Below, in pieces: positions 36,136-53,100 of a DNA stretch of 64,000 nt. A program made the translations under genes and the position numbers. Origin of the DNA: Trichoplax adhaerens (Eukaryota; Animalia; Placozoa). The notes under the pieces were generated by a model. The model searched no databases. It saw nothing but the letters and a program-made list of their open reading frames with translations, and was not told where the DNA came from. The DNA is taken from contig NW_002060956.1 in assembly GCF_000150275.1 (NCBI RefSeq), forward strand, positions 1,300,280-1,364,279, read 5' to 3'. Within the stretch, counting starts at the first letter, position 1. Every line of letters starts with the position of its first letter.

Positions 36136-39100
36136 ATGCCGAGAAATACTAGCTCTAGACATAGATCAAAACCAAGCAAAGGTAAAGACCTGTAATGAGG
36201 CTATCATCTCACAGTATAAGTCAATTATGTGATAATAAATGATTTTAAGTGTAATATTTATAATCAATTGGAAATGTTTCAAGTACTTTCCGATTTCATG
36301 ACATCAAAATTGAGCTGTATTAGGGATTGAAAATGCTAGCACCTAAATTTTCAAGATTAATTATTTTGAGCACGTACAACTCCAGTTTAATGATATGCAC
36401 ATCAAGACAGGGAGATTAATTCTAGACCTACATTAAATGATATGCATCGATTCTGCATACTACAAAGATAAATCTTATCAGAGGATACAGAAGTATTTTA
36501 CTTACCTCCATAGGTGCTAAGTATCTAAAGTTTCAAAACAATTTTTACTCAATTATAGAGCTAAATATGGAACTGAATCGAGATATGTAGCAAATGTTGT
36601 GCTATATAATTACTGTAAAAGTAGTTCAGTAACCCATGTACAATGAAAGAAATATCGTCTTCGTATCGCTTGACATTGATAAGTTATCTATAAATTAATA
36701 TATTCAAGATTAAAAAATATATAATTAAGGTAATCTTCTCTGTCAGTTACTCTAAAATGCTCTCTATCATTAACTGCATACTTTGTTGTGGATACTGTTG
36801 CGTAAAAATTTAAAACTAGAGTGACATAACTAATGATTTAGTCAGAATGCATCAATATCATTTAAATCTCCAATAACATCAGTTTATTATTTATTTTAAA
36901 TTCTTCTGATAAAATTTACTTACTATTTAAGTGTTAAATAGGCTTAATGAATTGATATAACGAACCTTAATTCATCTGCGATGCTTGATTGGGATATTAT
37001 GCAAATAAAAACTTAGGTGAAGCCGTTCAAATTGTATCATCCACTGGCAAGCATACGTTCTCCCTAAATCATCGTGCTTTGATGAAGATTCTATTGACCA
37101 AGGAATTAAAAAACGTTCATGTTGTTTTGATATCTGTAGCTGGTGCATTTCGTGGAGGCAAATCTTTTCTTCTAAATTTCATTTTACATTATCTAATTAC
37201 TAATGTAAGTTGATAAGAGTAAATTTGTGCTAAGCTGGAAGTAATTTAATCATACGATTGTAATTGCTGTTGCAATTGTTACCCAATATCAGTACTAGAA
37301 AATTAGATTAACTTGATTTTAACCGCACTAGATCAATTACAGTATTTTTCTGAAATGTTGGTGATGTGATCTCCTATATTAGCTAATCTTTTTCGTAGCA
37401 AACGTATAAAATATAAAATACAATATTGTTATAATAACGTACGAGCTTTATTAAATCGTCATCAGCAGTTGTTAACGATATTTATTTTACAGGAAATTGC
37501 TACTTCTTGTTCTGATACATCCGACGGATTTGCTTGGTCGGTTGGTTCCAATCGTCATACTACCGGCATTTGGCTTTGGAATAAACCAATTATGTATAAA
37601 TTATCCAATGGGCAACAGGTTAGTTAGCTATACCATTAATCTTCATCTAAAATTAAAAACTCGTTATTGTGATAAAAATAAAATACAGTATTCTAATCAT
37701 AAATTTATTTTAATTCTCTATTAACATTGACTAATTTTCATACTTTAATTGCCTTACAGATAGCAATATTGCTAATGGATACTCAAGGTGTCTTTGATTC
37801 TAAAAGTATAATCAAAGAATGTGCTACTATTTTTGCTTTAAGCACTTTATTAAGTTCCGTACAGGTAGGAAAATTGTATGACATTAATAAACAGCTTACG
37901 AATATCGTTAATGAAATGAGCACAAATAAAAATCTATTTTAATCTTTCCTGGATATAACGCAAGTATTCATTCAAGTGCCTCTATCATATTGTTTTTCTT
38001 GCATTTGTTACGAAATTGTGTTTAGATCTATAACTTACCTGGCAATATTCAAGATGACGATTTACAATTTTTGCAGGTCGGTCATAAGGAAGTATATTTG
38101 TTGCTTTCCTCTATACAGTAAAATAGATATCTTTATGATATTGTGAAATGAAAGTATTGGATAACATTAATTAAGTGAACCAGAATGTATTGCTACAGGT
38201 GTTTACGGAATATGGACGATTAGCGTTAAAAGAAACCAATCAAACACCTTTTCAAGTATGCCACTTATGAATAGGTTTCATTTCTATACGTACACGTATA
38301 TCATGATCGGTCTTTAAGAGATTTTTAAACGATATCATGGCAATATTAACTGTAATCGTGATCATTATTTGAAGTAGTTTGATAATGTAATTTTGCTGCC
38401 TACATATATCGCGAAACATTATTAGCGAAATTTATTATTATTAGACCTTGCATATCTTGGTGAGAGATTGGTCATATCCATATGAATACGCTTATGGCAA
38501 GGATGGAGGCCAGAAATTGCTCGAAGACTGCATGAAGGTATAGTTACGATTTCAACGATGATTTGAACGTCACTACTTTTTTGCTACTTATTTAGGAAAC
38601 ATTTATGATTGAGATCATTGCCACAATTACTTATTTATGTATCAGCAAGGGGACACGTTGAATTCTTTTCTGACATCAAACTAGATTGCTATCAGCTACC
38701 GTATTTTTGCAAGCAGGTTTCTAAATTTAAAAAATAACTGATGATCTGCTCTTACACTGCAATAATCCACTTATAATTACTATGAGTATATAAGTATTGC
38801 ACATTGAGTTATCAGTTGTAGAAAGAAAATTTTATAAACTTAACGTATCTGAGATCTGCTTAGTTTAGCTACACAGACAAAGGAAGCTTTCAATATGAAA
38901 AAAGTTATTTCATAGTTTAAAGTTGGATGATAATAAACCTGTAAGACATACTACGAGTTATGATAGATACGTCTATGCTAAGAATTATGTAGAGGCACTT
39001 GATTAGATGAAATAAGTTGTAAACGATGATAAAGGTAAAGATGGTTTTTAATTATCGGTAGGTGAATAGAAATTTAGCTGAGGAAAAAAAGCAATTAAGA

Positions 39101-40778
39101 ATTCATCTTCAGTCTTGCTACGAGAAAATTACATGCTTTCTATTGCCTCATCCTGGTTTTAAGGTCGCCACTGATCCCAAATTTAGAGGAGAGTTATCAG
39201 GTTTACAGATACAGTAGATTTAATTCTTCTTATAAATAAATAAACTAGTCCAGATATCTGAGAATATTTTATCTATGCATTAATGTCTAGATAATGTTCG
39301 TAACTACATTATAAAATGTGCAAAATAGATAAAATTTTCACTGGTTTTCGCTTCTACTTAAATATTTATGCTATGATTGATTTTTATGACATGTCAAACG
39401 TTCTAATTAAATGAGAAAAGTTATACATTATTGTTTACTATTGCAGATATCGAGCCAGAGTTTGTTAATTATGTGCAAGAGCTACTTAAATATTTGATCG
39501 ATGAAGAGAATTTAACGCCTAAGAAAGTTAACGGCCGCCTCATTACATGTAGAGATCTTTTTCATTACTTTAAGGTCAGTAATACTAAGTTAAGTATTGA
39601 TAATATGGTTTACATCTATTTAGGAGTTACTATATGTCGACTGATTGAATAAATAAATGAATTCATTTAATACGACATCCACCATACACAATAAACATCA
39701 TCATCTTAAAAAAAAAATTGAATTATAATGCTTTACTTACTATTGAATTAAGTCAGTTATGATTGATAATAATGAATTGAATAAATTAGAAAATATAACA
39801 ATATCATAGTTTCGATGATGGATACTCGTATAACACCTAGGATATGCCTGTTTGTCTTTCTAATAATGGTATAATTGTTTGGTTTAGGTATTTATGGACA
39901 TCTATGCTGACGATCAGATACCATCACCGAAAACGATTTTTCTGGTTGGTATCTTCAATTGCGATGCTACTTATTAACGAATCTCATAAGAGAATATTAG
40001 TTACTTCTATGAACGTTGCTCAATGAGTCAATTTATACATAATATTAATTGAATTAAATATACTACCATTACTACACAACGATACCTATTACAATGCTGC
40101 TAATTTTAAAGTTGTTTCAATAATTTAATCTATTCGCATTAGAATTAATAGCAACATGGATTCTCTATATTGTATAAAACCATTCCATTTGTTTGTATAG
40201 GCTTATTTGGGAAGTGACTGTTAAAATGTTTTTCTTTGACTCTAGGCTACCGCTGAAGCTAATCATATTTCTGCAGTGATGACTGCCAGAGATTATTACA
40301 ATAAGGAAATAGAAAAGGTAAAGGATATTTTAGACGCGATTAATATTAGCATGACGCTATCGAGTAATCCATAATTTAAATTGATAATATCATCAAGATT
40401 TGTGGGCCGACGAGATCTTACGTTTCTCCGGATGCTTTATTGAAAGAGCATCGGCGTATAGTTGAAAGTGCAATTCAATGTTATAAAAAAATACCCAAGA
40501 TTGGAGAACAGGAGCTTGGTCACTCTTATCTTAACAACTTGAAAGATCAGTTGCAAAAAGAACTGAAAATGATCATGAAAAGGAATGAAGTCAAAGGAAG
40601 GAGGCTGTTGACTTCCTTTCAACCCATGACTATCTTATTCATTATTATTTTTGTAATCATAGCCGTCCAAGCTACCGGAATTATTCGGCTGTTACTTCAT
40701 CATATCTTTTCCTCGGAAAGCCTGTTGATCATTATCTTTGTTCTCGTACTTGTGTTTGTTTTAAAATCCTCAGGTTAA
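36136..40778 (+). CDS. ATL: Atlastin-family ER GTPase (divergent), about 480 aa
   Basis: Exons 36136-36181 (tentative first exon, phase matches), 37017-37204, 37493-37618, 37760-37864, 38026-38076, 38199-38255, 38445-38537, 39062-39200, 39447-39574, 39888-39944, 40246-40317, 40398-40778 (1443 nt, in frame). G1 [12 protein letters not shown]2 RHTTG, G3 DTQG, G4 [24 protein letters not shown], and two C-terminal hydrophobic segments. Confidence 0.93.
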
Positions 40779-40944
40779 ATAAATTTTTATCTACTGTTGG
40801 CGTGATGTATCTTCTTTATTACAGCCAGGTATTGTAGGCAGACTATTTCCTAGAAAGGGCAAACAATTCGCTTGATTAAAATACCCTTACCTATCTTACT
40901 GTGGCCATCGGTAGCTAGTGGTTGCAGTAAGCAGGAAGTAGACC

Positions 40945-41233
40945 AGAAAAAGATTGGTACTTCACCTTCGTCTCAACCTGGCTCTCCATCAAAAATTTGT
41001 AATTCTTCCCTTCCCGGCTTTAACCTAGCTCTATCCCCAGGAAAACAAATTCGTACTTCTCCCCGGCTTAATCTAGCTCTCCCAATAAAAAAAATTGTAC
41101 TTCTCTCCCCTGGCTTAACTAAGCCATGGACTACTAGAAAAACACCGGCATTTTTTCTAGTAGTCCATGGCCCAGCTCTCCACCCCGAAGAAATGAACTT
41201 ATGCTCATCCGCCATAACCTTGCTCTGCCTCCC
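40945..41233. repeat. Five decayed ~45-bp tandem units (aaaa..ttgtacttct..ccggcttaacctagctctcc); the fourth is interrupted by a palindrome
   Basis: Units begin at about 40945, 40991, 41042, 41087 and 41187 and share aaaa/ttgtacttc/ggcttaac/agctctcc blocks. Confidence 0.7.
41123..41171. repeat. Perfect 20-bp inverted repeat with a 9-nt loop
   Basis: gccatggactactagaaaaa (41123-41142), loop caccggcat, tttttctagtagtccatggc (41152-41171). Confidence 0.95.
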
Positions 41234-41408
41234 TGCAGTAAGATAGTGTAACACGATCACCGCAACGTCAATCACGAGATGCTTCAATAGCAATACACAA
41301 CGTAATAACACTATGACACCAGTGTAACATCAACACATACTGTACTGTAGGACGATAGCACGACGCGGCAAAACGATCGACCAATCGGCTTGGTGTACAA
41401 ATACACTC

Positions 41409-41525
41409 GTAGTCCATCGATCGTGCTACTGCAATCGTGTTTCGTGCGTGACACAGACTTTGTAACACGGTTGCATTAGCACGATCGATGGACTACTAAA
41501 CAAGGTCTTTTCTGGTAGTCCATCG
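41409..41525. repeat. Overlapping hairpins: 33-bp arms (41409-41441 / 41464-41496) plus an alternative stem 41486-41496 / 41515-41525
   Basis: gtagtccatcgatcgtgctactgcaatcgtgtt pairs with aacacggttgcattagcacgatcgatggactac (31/33 Watson-Crick, one further G-U). cgatggactac can also pair with the downstream gtagtccatcg. Confidence 0.92.
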
Positions 41526-42719
41526 CACCAAAATGTCTACAATCTAGATACTATCAACGCTATGTTACAGATGGATTGTACATTGTGCAGTATGAATTCT
41601 AATTATTATACATATCGATAGTGTTATACATTAATTAATTCTATTTCTGACTGCGCCGTTATGCTTTAATGCTATAAATGTTGCCATGAATCCTTCCAGT
41701 GCGTCGTAATCAAATTGATTACATACGCAGCTGTCACAACTATCCTTGCGCAGCAAGAAACAACACAGTACTTAACTAGAGAAAATTTCATTTTAATCCG
41801 TAAGACTACTTGCCTAGCCTACGGTACAGTAACTGAAATCTTTGCGAAGTACGCACACTACCCACAATACAAATATGCAATATAACTCTCGTCACTTTTT
41901 ATTGATGAACTATTCCACTTATATGCTCTATTAGTCATAGTAAACATGTTGACTGCGCCATTAGTATTTTGACAATAATATATCACGATTCATATACGAT
42001 CATTTGAAGTAATTAACAATTTCATACAGAATTTTATCTCGACTACGAGCTCTGTCAAATTTTCATATTTCAAATACCTACTGGAAACATTGACTATTCC
42101 GTTATAATATCATAAGGATTTACTTTATCACTCATAACAATAATTCCTAAAGTAGAGCTTATCATCTATATAAGTTATTTTCATGACTGCCACAGCAGCA
42201 AAGTATATTGAAGCGTTCAGACAGTGCAAATACAGGAAGTATCACGAGTGAGATATTCAACTGGTACTGTGCAGTGCGCAGTATATACTGTATGTTAGCG
42301 GCCATGTATGAGAAACTATATGTATATGCATCCACCTTATTATTTCAAATTATATAATGATGGATGAGATTAATATCCGAAACTTTTCAAGATGAGCCTG
42401 AAAACGCTTTACCATTAATTACATTTTTTGGGTATTAGTTAATAATGCTTTTGCAGTCACGAGAGAGGTATTTCATTTTTTACAGTACGGTGCATCAATC
42501 AGGTAATGATTTTGCTGCCTTCCTTTAGTGAAAAGGATGCGAAACTGTTACGTTTAGAAATCCATTTTACTTCAAGTTTTCATTTTAGTTTGAACTGAAA
42601 CTGCAATTTTCATGTGCATAGAGCGGCCGAGTATGAGAGCAGAGTGAGTCGAGTCAATCGAGTGCATAGAGGTGCCAAGTTCTTCTTCCTCTATGGTTGA
42701 ATGAGACTTGTTGTGCCTG

Positions 42720-44100
42720 TTTACAGTACTGTATTACAGACAGTTTACAGTACACTACTGTACTGTGGGTACAGTATGTGCCATAGAGTTAGAAGAAAAC
42801 AATTTAGTTAGTCTCTCTGGAATGGGCTTCAGGGTGTAGCGTCTGCAGCGCATCAAGTACTGTACAGTACAGTGTACAGTACAGTACAATACTGTACGGT
42901 GTGTTTTTTTTTTAAGTGTTTTCTATGCCGTTTCCGTATTAACTATAGAACAAGAATAAAGATCTTTTTCTGTATGATTATTCTATTTATTTATTTAAAT
43001 CATTTATTATATACAACAGGGGAAATAACTCGCGAACTTTTTCCTCTTTTAACGAGGCAGTCCAGTAGTTGTTAACGTACTGTGCAGTAGTGGAGACAAA
43101 ATCTCTATAATGCAAGTAACAAGCATAACACTTTGATTGTGATGTACGGTCGTGTGTAACAACTTTGTATTCATTGTGCAACGTGTCACTTAATTTGTTC
43201 ACTCTATCGTACCGCTTGCAGCAAAACCATGTACACTATTGTACAGTACTGTACTGTACTGTATAATGTACAGTAGACGTGGGCACAGTCAGGGACTGCT
43301 ATGGAGAAATTTCGAATTTTCTCTTGAATTAAATGATGTAATGTACTGTACTGTACAGTATAGTACTGTAAAATGGAATGGCACAGTTGGCTCCAGTCTA
43401 GTCTCAGCTTCATGCAAAGCACAGCTAAAAATACTGAAAATACTACACTACAGTACAGTACAGTACAGTACTGTACTGTACTGTACTGTACTGTACACTG
43501 TACTGTACACTGTACAGTGCATCACCGTACCGTAGCTTGAAGCGCGTCCTTTTTTTCTTGACATCTTTTTTACTGTTTTAGCTGTTGTACAGTAAAGCAT
43601 TATTATTATTTTTTTTTTTACCTCTATGACCTCTACAGTACTGTACTGTACAGTGTACAGTACTTGCACTTGCAGTCTCCATCCCTCTCCGGCTCTCCCG
43701 CTCTTCTCTTTCTTTACTACAGTACAGTATCTACAGACGACTACAGTACTGTGTTTCTTTGCCTTCGTACTATACAGTACAGTACGGTACAGTACAGAAC
43801 GTGCTATTTTCCGTCACCGTTTGAGCCTTCTACAGTGTACAGTACAATACAGCATGAAAAACCAGTCAGATTTTTACTGTAAAAGTGTAGTGTACAGTAC
43901 ACTGTACAGTACAAGACATACTGTACAGTGTACAGTACAGTACAGTACTGTACAGTACTGTACAGAATCTTCCAGTGCTCACGACTGTAGCCTACAGTAC
44001 ATACTGTACAGTACACTGTTCAGTACAGTACTGGGCTGTTAGGTGCAGCAGAAAGGTAGGGGCAGTCGTACTGTAGATTACAGTACTAATACTGTAAAAG
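42720..44100. repeat. Largest GTAC-pentamer island, directly upstream of ANP32; contains a 42-bp perfect palindrome (43449-43490)
   Basis: (cagta)n and (ctgta)n tracts throughout. (tacag)4-t is followed by a-(ctgta)4 at 43449-43490. Confidence 0.9.
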
Positions 44101-44317
44101 AAAGAAGTTCGACAGGAAACGCACACTGTGGACAGTAGTCAAGTATCAATAGGTTTTTATACCACTGATCATTGCGTGATAGTGGTATACAGTGCAAACT
44201 ACAGCGCTAGCAGTGAATTAATAACACCAAAGTGTACTCATCTAATTTCTCTTTCAGACTAGTGCCACACTATTTGCATCTCGAGTGACATTTGTAGGCA
44301 AATTTTTGTTCAAGGCT

Positions 44318-50113
<5,796 letters not shown>

Positions 50114-53100
50114 GAAACTTACATCAAGATGTAATTAGTAAAGTCGATTTTATGATAAGTAGTGTTAATTGGGAAGAGTTAATGGTAATATGGTAATCAA
50201 AATATCTCTTTGCTCTTTTATGAAATGCAAAATTCTTAGTCATCCTTATCACATGATACAATTTTCAGTATTGCAGTAAACTAATAAAATTTCATATCGT
50301 ATGGCCCTATTGCTATAGTACCTTCCCTTTGCATTGTAATATAGATTACTACTGGCGATTTATGACTTTCTTTGTCCTGTTACTTTCACTCGTAACTACC
50401 TGCAAGCTTAAAGACGTTGAAAGTGCGGCTCAACATTAACTGTGCTCTTGTTGTAGTACAAGACTAGAATTGTAGACATGAATTAAAATTTGAATGCTTG
50501 TTTGTAAGTAATGTAATCCTGTTAGTAGTTAATTGATACTGCTTCTTTTTCTAGTTTTGTGGTGCAGTACTGTCTGTTGAGAGTGATGCAATATCGTATT
50601 CCTTTACAAATCAATCTGTAAGACTTTCCATTCCAGGAGATCTTTAACTTGCAGTCAAGTGATGCGCAATGTTATAGTTAGCAGCTTGAACTGTCAAAAC
50701 GTGTGATCGTCCTTAATTGGATGCTGATTGTAAAAAGAATTGCTGTAGCAGTACTAAAATACGCCTTCACTAATTATAATACTGTGTCGTACTGCTATTG
50801 TCATTTCTTAAGGGCACATTAAAACTTCGGACGTTTTATTTGTCTTCGATTGTAAGTCACCTACGCTTGCGAGTTTCGATATATCATTAATCTGCATATA
50901 TATATATACTTACAGTATATATGTACTCCTAGCGGGTGAATGGGTACAATTACCTTAGATACTGAGATCTAACAGAACGACAGCTATGATATCCTGTTAG
51001 CTATAGTCGACGTCGGGCTGTTAAGTGACTAACCTAAGCATTGTATGTAATAGTTCGTATACTGTACATGCACGTGTGTATTTTTTACATACTGTACTTT
51101 CTAAAGATTTCCCTCTGGAATTGACTGGTATCTGCATTGGCTAGTTACAGAAGTTCGGTTCGAATCCAGATGATCAATCAGACATTAGAATGTGTATTAC
51201 TGCAGTTGCAAAGATAGATCGTAGATATTGTAAATTTATTCGGTGCTAGTAACCTGAGATCATTTAGTACGAAATTGCGTATACGTATGCCATACAATAC
51301 GGAACGGTGCCGTGTAATATGAGATTAATATACATCGATATCAGATGTGCATTAAAGAAATACAGTAAATACGCAATATCGACAACCTTATAGACCAATC
51401 AGTAAATGATCATGTACTGTATAGTATATAAACAAGCGCAAGCCTAGTCCACTTTGTTCCATACTTCTGACATGAGTGACTGATAATCTAAATCACGAAA
51501 TTAAAGACATTAGCACTCATTATTTCCTCCAGATCTGACAATTATAATTAAGTAACAATGTTAAAGTTATGGCGTATTCGGCTAAGCACTAAACTTGATG
51601 CATCAGATTTAGATATATGTTCTGATCATAGAAAAGTATATTCATCCAGCAGTTGGATAGTGCACATCACCTGCATCGCAAGGTACAGGATTTTAACGTA
51701 ATTATTGCCAAAACATACAAAGTTGTTGGAAATTAACTATAACAACTATCTATTGACAAAATGTCTTCGTATAGCCGAACAGATTCCTCAATCAGTAAGT
51801 CAATCTAGTTCTTTCACTATCATAGAATATATTTACAAATGCAGTCGTAATTTAATAATTATTTTTAATTAGTGTAGCTACCGTTTAGGCTCTTACAGTT
51901 ATAGTGTACTGTAGTTAATAATGTACTAGTACTGTAGATAAATAGTGTTGTTGCTCTACGATAATTTTTGTCTTGTGTCAGTTTAGTAATACTATTCATG
52001 TAGATTCCACCATATATATAGAATAAATATCCTCATCTCTCGTACCTTTAATTGTAACGCGGCATACATCTAAGCCAAGAAAGGGCGCAATCGCCTTGAT
52101 GGATACCTAGCAATTTCAGAATGTAATAGTAGATATGTTCAAGTTATAATCCTTTCCTGATAATAACTACGCTCAATTAATTAAAGGGAAGTTACAAAAA
52201 TAGCGCTATTTTATTAATTTCCCTGTAACCAAATGTATACACATTGCTACTGATACGTTACATAGCTACTAGTATTAAAAATTTTATCAAAAATGTTATG
52301 CTGGTGGTGTCAGATACTATCTAGAGCATAAAATGTATTATATCACATTTCTGCAATCATATCCAAATTATGCATCATTCACCGTTCAGTTCATAAATTT
52401 ATGTCCCAAACTGTTGTTGGTGTATGATTATATCTACATTTGTAATCTACTATCAATAAAAAGTACTTACCACACTATCAGTTGCGAAGCAATTACAAAT
52501 CTATCCCCAAAAAGTGGTGGCTTAAGTCACCATAGCTTTCAGCCGTCACTGTCATCCAAAATATGAAATAACGACAGTAAGACCTGTAGTGGGCCTACAT
52601 AATGCAATGGTAAAACAAGAATTTCAGATGCAAATAGTCAAGATAATACTGAAACACAACTTTTTCCTGTCAGTAAACTGATGCAGTTTGTCTCTAGACT
52701 GTCATACCAATTATTTATTTCATTAATTTATTATTAGGTGGAGTAATTTACATCGAAAATGCACAGCTTCCGATGCTATACGCGTATTAACGACAGTCAG
52801 CGTTAAAAATTTTCTTTTTAAGTGAACTACAGATCAGTTACATTCGTTGGTCGATTTTCTGTTGTTAGAGTTGGAACGCCGCTCGAGCCATAACAGTAAC
52901 TTCAAAAATTTAAGCAACCTACTCGTTTTATATAATTTGTAATATCCTCAGCATTCATTTAATGCAGAGTACAGTACAGTATGTAGCTGTATTGCTCGAT
53001 AAGAGTTTCAGTTCTACAATTAAAGCATCCATTCAGATTCAATTTTTGATTAATTGGAATCATGTTATTTTCATAACCCAGTGCGTATCATCATAATGGT

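Noticed and set aside
40872-41311. 124-aa (+) and 112-aa (-) ORFs downstream of atlastin
   Set aside because: They run through the 45-bp minisatellite and palindrome (the same PWTTRK..FLVVHG peptide appears on both strands), have non-ATG starts and no recognisable domain.
42872-44042. Overlapping ORFs rich in YSTV/QYCTV on both strands (also at 10009-10230, 13217-13463, 46293-46951, 63415-63703)
   Set aside because: They are translations of the (tacag/tactg)n repeat, which lacks stop codons. They appear in several frames and both strands and have no splice context.
51157-51167. GGTTCGAATCC, a tRNA T-loop / Pol III B-box match
   Set aside because: The flanks do not form a proper T-stem or acceptor stem, and there is no convincing A-box or cloverleaf.
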